Virus record (IMG/VR): IMGVR_UViG_3300034106_006572
Coordinates: 1 to 29,863 of that record
Direction: 5' to 3' (one strand)
Origin: a virus
Taxonomy: Duplodnaviria > Caudoviricetes
Length of the DNA stretch: 29,863 bases
Below are positions 1 through 8,207 of this stretch, piece by piece. How positions within the stretch are numbered: position 1 is the stretch's first letter; every line of letters begins with the position of its first letter. The position numbers were made by a program, and so were the translations under genes. The notes under the pieces are model-generated. The model made no database searches. It saw nothing but the letters and a program-made list of their open reading frames with translations, and was not told the DNA's origin.

Positions 1-24
1 GTTACCACTTTCGAAACGACCCAT

Positions 25-1950
25 ATGTCACCAAATATCTTGCAAGACGCCGACGTCTCGCGTGAACAAGGAGTTGAACTACCTAACACCGGTATTCAAT
101 CGCTTATTCAAGAATTGATGTCTATTGATTGTACCGACGCGCATTCCTTTAACGCGCGGTCAACCCTTTTAACGGAATTGGCTAACAAGAAATTTTTCCC
201 ATCCTTAGAGCCAATTCTGCCGCTTGTCTTGAACTTAAATGGGCGGCCATATTCTCTAATTTCACACTACCCGTTCGCCCCATTATTCCGTTTGCTCATG
301 CCTAAAAACATGGTGCTAAAAACTGGGCGACAGGTCTCTAAATCAACATCACTAGCGGCACACGGAGTTGTGCTCGCCAATTGCATTCCGTATTTCAAAA
401 CGTTGTACGTCACGCCGCTGTACGAGCAGATTCGGCGTTTTAGCAATAACTATGTGCGCTCTTTTATTGACCAGTCTCCGATTAAAGCACAGTGGTCCGG
501 CACAGACACCGAGAACAATGTGTTACAGCGGTCTTTCAAGAATAAGAGCATCATGCTGTTCAGTTTCGCATTGCTCGACGCTGACCGCGTCCGCGGCGTG
601 AGCACGGATCGCGTGGTATTAGACGAAATTCAAGATATGGATCCAGACCATATTCCGATTATTCAAGAAACGATGTCTTATAGCCGTTTCGCCATGACAC
701 ACATGGCCGGGACGCCGAAGAGTCTCGACAACCCGCTCGAGGGCGCGTACAAGCGCTCAAGCGCAGCTGAATGGTTCATTCCTTGTCAGTCATGTCGGCA
801 CTGGAACATACCGTCGATAGACCACGATCTTGACGCCATGATCGGGCCGTACAACATACACATCAGCGAGAAGAACCCCGGAACTGTGTGCGCAAAATGC
901 CGTAAGTCTATAAATCCGCGAGATGGGCGCTGGGTGCACAGACACCCTGAGCGTCGCTGGCAGTTTGCTGGTTATCATGTGCCGCAGCTCATTTTGCCGC
1001 TTCATTTCGGTGATGCCGAAAAGTGGAGCACGCTTTTAATGAAGCGCGAAGGTTTTGGCAATATGACGCAGGCACAGTTCTACAACGAAGTTTTAGGCGA
1101 ATCAGTTGACGCCGGGCAGAAGCTTATTACAGAGACAGAATTGAAGGCGGCGTGCATTCTGCCAATCACAAACAACCGAGAGCCAGACCCCGAAATCATG
1201 GACCGTCTGCGCCACTACAAGCATCGCGTGCTGGCGATCGACTGGGGCGGTGGTGGCGAAGAAGGAATTTCGTTCACCGTGATTGTGTTACTCGGCTTTC
1301 TTCCGGACGGCACAATCGACGTGCTTTGGGGCAAACGTATTCTGCTTGGCGCCGCACACTTGGCCGAAGCCGCCGAATGCATGAAATGGGCCAAGGAATT
1401 TAACATAGACTATGTTGCGCATGACTACACAGGCGCCGGCACCGTGCGCGAAACAGTTATGGTGCAAGCTGGGTTTAATTTAGACAATGTGATGGCTGTC
1501 AGGCTCGTGCGGGCGGCGAGCCAGGACATTATGGTGTTTAAGCCATCCACGCCTATTAACCACCGGCAACATTATTCGTTGGATAAAACGCGATCGCTGC
1601 TCTATACCTGCCAGGCAATTAAACTGAAACAGGTTAAGTTTTTCCGATACGACTGGGCGTCGCAGGAAAATCCTGGCTTGATAGCCGACTTTTTGGCTCT
1701 TGTGGAAAATAAAGCAGAGTCCCGCCTCGGCGGCGACATTTACACGATCACCCGCAACACTTTACTTAGCGACGACTTTGCACAAGCCGTGAATTTAGGC
1801 TGCTCTGCCATTTGGCACATTAATGACGCGTGGCCCAATTTTGCTGAGATCGCCGGTATTGGCCGTGTGTCTGAACGCGCAGCTCAAGCTGAAAACCCAG
1901 ACGATTGGGCTGATGACGATATCGGCAGCCGATTTTTTGGCATGCCTTAA
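25..1950 (+). CDS. terL: Phage terminase large subunit (GpA-like ATPase-nuclease)
   Basis: Walker A-like KTGRQVSKST, Walker B VVLDEIQD and coupling motif AGTP. Internal CxxC...CxxC (CQSC/CAKC) followed by GRWV and GYHVPQL, as in lambda GpA-type terminases. Also FYNEVLG and an RNase H/RuvC-like AIDWGG nuclease start. Exact start codon uncertain. Confidence 0.9.
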   Translation: MSPNILQDADVSREQGVELPNTGIQSLIQELMSIDCTDAHSFNARSTLLTELANKKFFPSLEPILPLVLNLNGRPYSLISHYPFAPLFRLLMPKNMVLKTGRQVSKSTSLAAHGVVLANCIPYFKTLYVTPLYEQIRRFSNNYVRSFIDQSPIKAQWSGTDTENNVLQRSFKNKSIMLFSFALLDADRVRGVSTDRVVLDEIQDMDPDHIPIIQETMSYSRFAMTHMAGTPKSLDNPLEGAYKRSSAAEWFIPCQSCRHWNIPSIDHDLDAMIGPYNIHISEKNPGTVCAKCRKSINPRDGRWVHRHPERRWQFAGYHVPQLILPLHFGDAEKWSTLLMKREGFGNMTQAQFYNEVLGESVDAGQKLITETELKAACILPITNNREPDPEIMDRLRHYKHRVLAIDWGGGGEEGISFTVIVLLGFLPDGTIDVLWGKRILLGAAHLAEAAECMKWAKEFNIDYVAHDYTGAGTVRETVMVQAGFNLDNVMAVRLVRAASQDIMVFKPSTPINHRQHYSLDKTRSLLYTCQAIKLKQVKFFRYDWASQENPGLIADFLALVENKAESRLGGDIYTITRNTLLSDDFAQAVNLGCSAIWHINDAWPNFAEIAGIGRVSERAAQAENPDDWADDDIGSRFFGMP

Positions 1951-2384
1951 TCGTTATTGTTTTCGTATATCTTCACGATATCGTCGAACGATAGCTCAAG
2001 TGTGCGCCAGTTGCTTGTTTTAGTCGGCGCCGGAATTTTTACTTGCCGCAGCTCTGTGCGGGTTAGCTCTATTTGCATGTTTCGAAAGCTCGGACTGTAC
2101 TGCTTAAATTTTTTGCGAATAATTTTGCGCGCGTCGTCACACTCATAACAGTGTGTTGCCGCTACTGGTTTATGCTGCCCGCAGACGCACATTGTGGGTT
2201 TACGCCCATTTTTACGCAAAACGCGGAGAAGCGGACTTCTTTTGCGCCCGGCGCGCCACCGTTTGAGCGCCTCTTTTTGCCGAAACCGGTGCTTGGCGTC
2301 GTACAGTATGCCGCGACGCTCCAACACTGTTTGACACACTTTTTGAATATGCTCGTCAGTCGGTGATTCCGTTTCTTCCGACAC
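1947..2384 (-). CDS. Hypothetical basic protein with possible Zn-binding motif (CVC...CYEC)
   Basis: 145-aa ORF, GTG start with GGAGG 7 nt upstream; stop overlaps the terminase stop at TTAA (convergent). Confidence 0.7.
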   Translation of the reverse strand: MSEETESPTDEHIQKVCQTVLERRGILYDAKHRFRQKEALKRWRAGRKRSPLLRVLRKNGRKPTMCVCGQHKPVAATHCYECDDARKIIRKKFKQYSPSFRNMQIELTRTELRQVKIPAPTKTSNWRTLELSFDDIVKIYENNND

Positions 2385-2399
2385 GTTGAAACCTCCATG

Positions 2400-2627
2400 T
2401 CATTTGTCTGGCTCTACAATCAGCTCTACGATATCCGGCGGACACACGCAAGAAAGTGCGCGGCCGTTATCCCACTTTACAAGTATTTGCGCTTGCGGCT
2501 TGGGATAAAAGTGTAGATCTTGTACAAGAATCACAGTACCCGTCGCCCCGCCCGGAATTGGGTCGGGGTCGTCGGGCATGTGAATCATTTTAATTCTGCT
2601 GCCGGGTTCTATGTTTTCCGGCAACAT
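2400..2627 (-). CDS. DUF4314-like small protein
   Basis: GSRIKMIHMPDDPDPIPGGATGTV...ILVKWDNGRALS matches the DUF4314 pattern (GxRvxlxxMxDp.p.PxGxxGTV...VxWDNGxxL). Confidence 0.8.
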   Translation of the reverse strand: MLPENIEPGSRIKMIHMPDDPDPIPGGATGTVILVQDLHFYPKPQAQILVKWDNGRALSCVCPPDIVELIVEPDK

Positions 2628-2963
2628 TCACGCGTCTCCGGCAGCAAGGCGGGCGGAAGCGAGCGCAGCATCATGCGCACCGCGGGCCAGGATGCGAGCG
2701 ACACTGGCGTCGCGCAGCTGCGATAAATAGCCGGTGTATTCGGCATCGTGTGTTACCATCGCTTCGGCAGAGCTGAAGCTGTGCGGCTTGCCCGTCAGCG
2801 GATTGTCGCCAGCCCGCATGAGCCGCTCGATGGCGCCGTACTTGATCGCGTGTCGATTATCCTCGAGACGCATTTCTTCTGCGACCGCAGCGGCATACTT
2901 GGCGGCGGTGTCAAGAATCGCATTTACGTAGTTTTGGCCGTTAGTCATAAAATTGCCTTTCAT
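2628..2963 (-). CDS. Hypothetical protein
   Basis: 111-aa ORF with TGATG coupling to the upstream gene, abutting the downstream gene; alternative start at 2948. Confidence 0.7.
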   Translation of the reverse strand: MKGNFMTNGQNYVNAILDTAAKYAAAVAEEMRLEDNRHAIKYGAIERLMRAGDNPLTGKPHSFSSAEAMVTHDAEYTGYLSQLRDASVARILARGAHDAALASARLAAGDA

Positions 2964-3241
2964 CAGGGGTTCAAAAAATTCCTAATCCGATTTAGCGACT
3001 TATTTGCAGCGTCACAGGCTTCGCTGTACTCTAGTTTTTTAAAGACAACAGCGATTCGCCGATTTGTTTCATTGTTTGGATCGCCGGTCAGCAGCTTAAA
3101 TGTTTTGCTGCTTTTGTTTATTTGAAATACGCTGCGGCTTATTGGCACAGCCCACGTACTGTTGTCGCGCATTGTCTCTATCAATGTCTTTTGCCATTCG
3201 ATATCCGCGATTGTAGGTTCCCAGTTTGTTTTAGCTATCAT
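2963..3241 (-). CDS. Hypothetical protein
   Basis: 92-aa ORF with TGATG stop/start overlaps at both ends. Confidence 0.7.
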   Translation of the reverse strand: MIAKTNWEPTIADIEWQKTLIETMRDNSTWAVPISRSVFQINKSSKTFKLLTGDPNNETNRRIAVVFKKLEYSEACDAANKSLNRIRNFLNP

Positions 3242-3483
3242 CAGTCAGCCCGGCAGTCATTGTCTGCCTGCCGCTCCTTTCGCGTTGGGATCCTTTTCGG
3301 GAATTTGTTTGGATGACATAACTGGCATTTGGAACAGCCGCAGCCGCCCGCGCGCCGGGATTTTCTAAAATGACCGGCGGCGGGGACTGAGCTGGTCGTG
3401 CCATCAGCGCATCGGCCGTAGAGTTGCGCGTACAGTTTTTGCCGCGCAGCTGCTCGGTGTTGGTCAGCGGCTCTTCGCTTCAT
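3241..3483 (-). CDS. Small basic Cys-cluster protein (GCGCSKCQLCHP)
   Basis: Start reassigned to ATG 3483 (MKRRAADQ) to minimise overlap with the 392-aa gene; stop is coupled to the next ATG; Cys/His cluster suggests metal binding. Confidence 0.6.
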   Translation of the reverse strand: MKRRAADQHRAAARQKLYAQLYGRCADGTTSSVPAAGHFRKSRRAGGCGCSKCQLCHPNKFPKRIPTRKERQADNDCRAD

Positions 3484-4642
3484 TCTTTTTGTGTTGCTCC
3501 GGCGTCCAAGTCGCTGTATGCAGTTTCGGGCTTTCTTCGCGGCGGGAGAGTTGGCCCGCACCCGGCAGCTTGTAGATTACGTTCTCTACTGGAAACTGAT
3601 TCATCGTTTGCACAAACTCTTCTGCGTATCGACGCAACGTGCCGAGCTCCGGCATTACGCGCCGATGCGCGCACTCAGCTGCCTGATTTTTAATGCCGCC
3701 AAGCACGAATTGAATATTTGACATCGCAAAATAAACAGCCCGCAGCGCCTCTTCCTGAGAAGTAAAATCTGCGTTTTCTAGGCCAGCTAACGTGTTGTGA
3801 AATTGTGCCACCACGGCCGGCACGAGAATTTTCATAATGTTTGCTTCTATCACACGCCGACGAACTTCTTTGTTTTTTACTGTTTCGCGCGAAACAGTCG
3901 GCGTTGCGGGTAGGGCTACACTCGCCGCTGTTGCTGGTATGTAAACGCTTTTTCTCTTTGCGTCCCACAGGCATTCGTTGCGGGACTCAAGCAGATCACA
4001 AGCAGCAATTATGTCCGCTGTCTTTGCGTTGTACACTTTAGGCTTGTACGCGATTTTGGCAGATGCCATCTTGGCTATTGTGCAGGTCTGCTTGGGCTGC
4101 CGCAGTACATATTTGATTATCGCGATGGCCAGCAGTTCGAGATTTTCTGCTGACATTGTCGAAATTTGCGTCGGCTTTTTGCGCAACATTGGACTTTGCT
4201 GCTGCGCTTCAGCCACGGCGGCAGTTTTGGGATACTCGGCCTCGATCAGCAGCGCCTTTGTTGCAATAAAATTGCGGGCTTTGTTGGCTACTTCAGCAGA
4301 TTCAAACAGCCAGTGCTGCGGCTTGATAATGCCGTCTTTCGTTTTTTGCCGTATAAATTGTCCGCCAAAAATATCGGCCAGCGGATTCGGTTTTTCCTTG
4401 CTGATTGCGGCTGTTATAGCCGTGCACGAGACTGCTCGCGGGTCGCCAGATAGGCAGGGCGGGCAGTAATAAATATTTGCGCCTTTTTCTGCGTATTCCC
4501 GATCTGTCAGGGCGCTCCACGCCATGCGGGCTTGCGCAGCTAATTCTTGCAACATCGTGTTCGTCTCGATCCTCTGCAGCCGCGAGAGGCTGTGTGACGC
4601 AAAATCAAAATTCATTTGGCCCGAACTCTTTGAAGCACTCAT
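3464..4642 (-). CDS. Hypothetical protein (392 aa)
   Basis: Long ORF, ATG preceded by AAAGGA; no recognisable family. Confidence 0.75.
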   Translation of the reverse strand: MSASKSSGQMNFDFASHSLSRLQRIETNTMLQELAAQARMAWSALTDREYAEKGANIYYCPPCLSGDPRAVSCTAITAAISKEKPNPLADIFGGQFIRQKTKDGIIKPQHWLFESAEVANKARNFIATKALLIEAEYPKTAAVAEAQQQSPMLRKKPTQISTMSAENLELLAIAIIKYVLRQPKQTCTIAKMASAKIAYKPKVYNAKTADIIAACDLLESRNECLWDAKRKSVYIPATAASVALPATPTVSRETVKNKEVRRRVIEANIMKILVPAVVAQFHNTLAGLENADFTSQEEALRAVYFAMSNIQFVLGGIKNQAAECAHRRVMPELGTLRRYAEEFVQTMNQFPVENVIYKLPGAGQLSRREESPKLHTATWTPEQHKKNEAKSR

Positions 4643-4660
4643 ATCGCCAGTCCTTTCGGT

Positions 4661-5104
4661 TTAAGGATCACATAGAATCACAAACGTGCAGCCGCAGCGT
4701 GCGGCTAGCCTCTCTGCCGGTTTGCTGTACACAGCAATCGGCTTATTTCTATCGACGACACCGGCACTAATCAAGGCCTGCAAGCCAAGCATTGCTAGGC
4801 CGCGATTTCGCAGCTCCGGATCGGTGAAGCACTCGACGGTTTGCACATCGATTTCTTCGCCTTTGAATTTTTCTTTCCACGGTCGTGTCGCCACCCACGC
4901 CGAGAGCAGATAATTAAACCACACAAGCGCAAGTTGAATTGATTTTTGCGGCTCGGGTTCCGGCACGTGATAGCGCCGGTGTAGCTCGCACCGCATGTTA
5001 TCGTTCAGGCGGCTCGGCTCTTCGTGCGACAGACGCAGCCATATGGCAGATACTTCGTCTGTTTTGAGCTTATTGATGTCTTTGACGACGATATTGAAAT
5101 TCAT
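4661..5104 (-). CDS. GNAT-family acetyltransferase-like protein
   Basis: ECFTDPELRNRGLAMLGLQAL matches GNAT motif A (acetyl-CoA binding R/QxxGxA). Start reassigned to ATG 5104, which has GGAGG 7 nt upstream. Confidence 0.7.
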   Translation of the reverse strand: MNFNIVVKDINKLKTDEVSAIWLRLSHEEPSRLNDNMRCELHRRYHVPEPEPQKSIQLALVWFNYLLSAWVATRPWKEKFKGEEIDVQTVECFTDPELRNRGLAMLGLQALISAGVVDRNKPIAVYSKPAERLAARCGCTFVILCDP

Positions 5105-5130
5105 GGTATGCCCTCCGTGGCTTACCATCA

Positions 5131-5139
5131 ATTATATCA
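5131..5139 (-). promoter_or_regulatory. Putative extended -10 promoter (TGnTATAAT)
   Basis: Minus strand reads TG-A-TATAAT, ending 26 nt upstream of the GNAT ATG, at the head of the tightly coupled 5104->1947 gene run; no good -35. Confidence 0.45.
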
Positions 5140-5162
5140 CGACGGCAGATAGCCGCGCGGAA

Positions 5163-5233
5163 AGCCCTCAGAAGGAATCGAACCCTCGTCAGCTGATTAC
5201 AAATCAGCCGCATTACCACTATGCTATGAGGGC
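5163..5233 (-). tRNA. tRNA-Thr (UGU), CCA not encoded
   Basis: Minus strand: GCCCTCA TA GCAT AGTGGTA ATGC G GCTGA TTTGTAA TCAGC TGAC GAGGG TTCGATT CCTTC TGAGGGC T. This is a full 71-nt cloverleaf with a 7-bp acceptor stem, TTCGA T-loop and anticodon TGT. Confidence 0.95.
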
Positions 5234-5239
5234 GAGACT

Positions 5240-5566
5240 TTATTCGTCTTCGTCTTCGTCGTCGGGATAATCGTCGATATAACCGGAGTCGTCGTCTTCC
5301 GACTCGGCATCATCGTCTTCGTCGTTTTCCCAATCTTGCTCGTCTTCTTCGTCTTCTTCTTCGTCGTCATCATCCGGATAATACCAGTTTGCGCTATTCG
5401 GACGATCGTCGGAATCCTCAAGCGGGTCATCGTCGTCATCGTCGTCATCATCGCCTACGAATTCCCACTCCTCGTCGATAAAGTCATCGTCAAAGGTGTC
5501 TTCGCGTTTTGCGATTAATATATCGCGCAAAACAACCGGGGCGTTACCGTCAAAGTTTACCCGCAT
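5240..5566 (-). CDS. Highly acidic (Asp/Glu-rich) small protein
   Basis: Start reassigned to ATG 5566 (AAGGAG upstream, overlapping the previous stop); 108 aa, about half D/E by manual count. Confidence 0.75.
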   Translation of the reverse strand: MRVNFDGNAPVVLRDILIAKREDTFDDDFIDEEWEFVGDDDDDDDDDPLEDSDDRPNSANWYYPDDDDEEEDEEDEQDWENDEDDDAESEDDDSGYIDDYPDDEDEDE

Positions 5567-5576
5567 CGAACACTCC

Positions 5577-8207
5577 TTAACCGACGTCTTTAGCATTTTT
5601 ATGCGTGTAATCGCTCCAAAATGAATCGCACCAATCTTTGTCCACTAAAACACCTGGCATACTATGCACGGATGTTTCGCCGCGGAATAAGCCGTCTTTC
5701 GTAAAACAGTGTAACAAAGCATTCCAGTTTGGAACAATCCCGGTATCCAGAAAATGCTTATCGATTATTTTGCGGTTAAGCCACCAGGTTGTCTTATCGC
5801 GAATAAAGTAATTTTCATCTTGTGTTTTATACCGAGCTCGCGGCAAAATCGCTATTTTTTCCGTGATTATTGCCTTATTTAATTCAACCATCAGGGCGGC
5901 ATGCGCCTGATCCGGCGTGCGCAGTATGCGCTCCGCGGCCGGCAGATTAAAGCTTGCGTTATATGCGGATTCGAGCCACGCGTGCAGGTCGTGCAAAACA
6001 GCCGTAATCAGCGACTTATTACGCGGAGCTAGCCCGGCGCGGTTGCGCAGCGTGTGCTGAATATATGCCGGCACAATGAAGCGCAGCGGCGAGTAATCGG
6101 TTGTTGGCGCCGGAATAGCTATCGGCGCAAGCGCAGCCCAGTCGTAGCTGAGCGCCGCGGGGATGCTGGCAGCCGTCAGTTTCACGAGCGCCGGGCTTTT
6201 CGGGTAGCGCACGATGCCGCGCAATAAAAATTTGTCGATTTCGTGTGGTGCGGCGATAAACCCCGGATGCGTAATTGTCTGAATTGATTTGGTGAGCGCA
6301 TTGGGATTGGCTTGATGCAGGCCGCCAACCTCGGCACTTGAACACCCGATAAACGTTCCGCATTTAACTGCTTCGACAAAAACGTCTGAGCGAATACCGA
6401 CGCTTGTGGTTTCCACGTTTAATATTGGCGCAATTAGATCTGCTAGCACCGTAGCCGTGAGCGTCCATATAAATGCGTTTTCGTGCGATGCAGTAAGCAG
6501 ACTCCGAATAGCGAGCGGCGCTGACACGCTCGGTTCTGGAAAATCAAATGTTTCATTTGCCTGCAGCTTCGGCACGGGCGCTGGAACAATTAATCCATCA
6601 TTTGTGATCGAGTAGCTAGAGAATTGGAATTCTCTTGTTTTATCGTTCCAACCCGGTTTATTGGATACGGTAATAATTTCTGGCGGGCTTAACCGCATTG
6701 CCGCAGTAAGCGCGCGTTTGTTCCACTTGGGTATTGAGATAAGCAGCTCGTTGTGCGGCGCGAGCAATTGTTCCGCGAATCCGATGAGGCCAAGGCGCTC
6801 GACTCTGTCTGCCCTTTCGCAAAACGGAAAGACTTTATCCTGTTTGCGGATAATACCTTCGTAGTATTTCTGGTCTTTATCGGCGTAGATAACGCGTTTG
6901 ATAACCGGAATGCAGTTTACGATCGGTATGCCAGTTGTTGTAAACCAGCCGGCATCGCGCTCAATGATCTCAAAGTTTCTGTTGCGGTCTGGGGCAACGC
7001 CGTGATGCGTCGAGATCCGTTCAAGAATACGCGCAACAGATTCGGGTGGGACGCCTGTGCGATCTTTGAAAAACTGCTGCAGCTTTTCGCGTGATATGTT
7101 TAACCGGGCGGCAAAGGCCTGCGCTGCTATCGTATTTGTGTTTTTAAACACGTTCTCAAGCGCGGTCTGCCATGTCACAGCGGATTTACAGAACACGGAA
7201 AGGCGTTTAATCGTACGTGACGGCATCGGCGCGTGTGTCATTGTTTCTGGCGGCGCGGGGCAGGCGTATCCCCGACATGCCGCCACCTGTGACACAAGCT
7301 CTGGCGTGATGGTGTTTCCGTAGAAGAACCTGCGGGTATACGGAAAGCTGCGCCAGTTAATTCCGTAACTTAGCGCCTCGTTACCGGCGTAGCTTGCGGA
7401 GATGGGCAGCATTGGACTGCCGTGGCGCAGCTGTGTCGTTTGGGCTTTTAACGTCCAGACCGGATCGTCCACAACGAAGTGTGAATTGCCTACAGCCGGG
7501 TTGGGCGGAAGTTGTGCTGTTTTAAGCAAATAATAGCCAGCGTCCGGTTTGACGGCTCGGGTTTCCATCATTGGCACAAAGCCGCGGCGCGTTTCGATTT
7601 CGTCGCTGTACTGGTGAAATAAAAAGCCAGTATGGCGCCCGGGGAGGTCGTAATAGGGAAATACGACAACTAACTTTTTGGCCAGAATAGGCCGAGGCAG
7701 CGCGCGACTAATACTGCGGCAGAAGTCGGCTATTTGTTCTGGATGCGCTATGCCAATAAGACCCTGGCAATCGATCTCTCGCGAAATACCGAATTCCCGA
7801 AATTTATGCGATAAAATCTCGTCTTCGTGTGTCCAGAGTTGGCTTTCGGCGTCGGCCCAGAAGTTTTCGGCTTTTTTCTGCTTATCAAAAAGCTTGCTAA
7901 TTTGCGCTACTTCTACGGAGTCATTTTGGCGCGGACACAGGCCGGCCATGTTAAATTGGTCAACCGCAGCCGGGATATCCAGCTTCCAGATTTGCGCGGC
8001 GAATGTTATGATATTTCCGTGGGCCGAGCAGTTATCGCAGATTAACCAGATATCTTCTCGGGCCGTATTGTCGTATATGTACAGCGTCGTTTCGCCACAA
8101 AGCGGGCAGCCTGCAACGGCAGGGAAACTCATATTTTCCGCGCTAATCCCCATAAGGGTAAGTGCGTTAACATGATTGTGGCGTCGGATAATGGAGCTAA
8201 TTAACAT
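5577..8207 (-). CDS. Primase Zn-finger/DnaG-like plus DUF927-like protein, apparently catalytically degenerate
   Basis: N-terminal CPLC...CDNCSAHGNIITF Zn-binding domain; VVFPYYDLPGRHTGF resembles the DnaG 'FPi.d..GrivGF' motif; KPGW in the C-terminal half resembles DUF927. No intact TOPRIM EG/DxD or Walker A seen. Confidence 0.6.
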   Translation of the reverse strand: MLISSIIRRHNHVNALTLMGISAENMSFPAVAGCPLCGETTLYIYDNTAREDIWLICDNCSAHGNIITFAAQIWKLDIPAAVDQFNMAGLCPRQNDSVEVAQISKLFDKQKKAENFWADAESQLWTHEDEILSHKFREFGISREIDCQGLIGIAHPEQIADFCRSISRALPRPILAKKLVVVFPYYDLPGRHTGFLFHQYSDEIETRRGFVPMMETRAVKPDAGYYLLKTAQLPPNPAVGNSHFVVDDPVWTLKAQTTQLRHGSPMLPISASYAGNEALSYGINWRSFPYTRRFFYGNTITPELVSQVAACRGYACPAPPETMTHAPMPSRTIKRLSVFCKSAVTWQTALENVFKNTNTIAAQAFAARLNISREKLQQFFKDRTGVPPESVARILERISTHHGVAPDRNRNFEIIERDAGWFTTTGIPIVNCIPVIKRVIYADKDQKYYEGIIRKQDKVFPFCERADRVERLGLIGFAEQLLAPHNELLISIPKWNKRALTAAMRLSPPEIITVSNKPGWNDKTREFQFSSYSITNDGLIVPAPVPKLQANETFDFPEPSVSAPLAIRSLLTASHENAFIWTLTATVLADLIAPILNVETTSVGIRSDVFVEAVKCGTFIGCSSAEVGGLHQANPNALTKSIQTITHPGFIAAPHEIDKFLLRGIVRYPKSPALVKLTAASIPAALSYDWAALAPIAIPAPTTDYSPLRFIVPAYIQHTLRNRAGLAPRNKSLITAVLHDLHAWLESAYNASFNLPAAERILRTPDQAHAALMVELNKAIITEKIAILPRARYKTQDENYFIRDKTTWWLNRKIIDKHFLDTGIVPNWNALLHCFTKDGLFRGETSVHSMPGVLVDKDWCDSFWSDYTHKNAKDVG

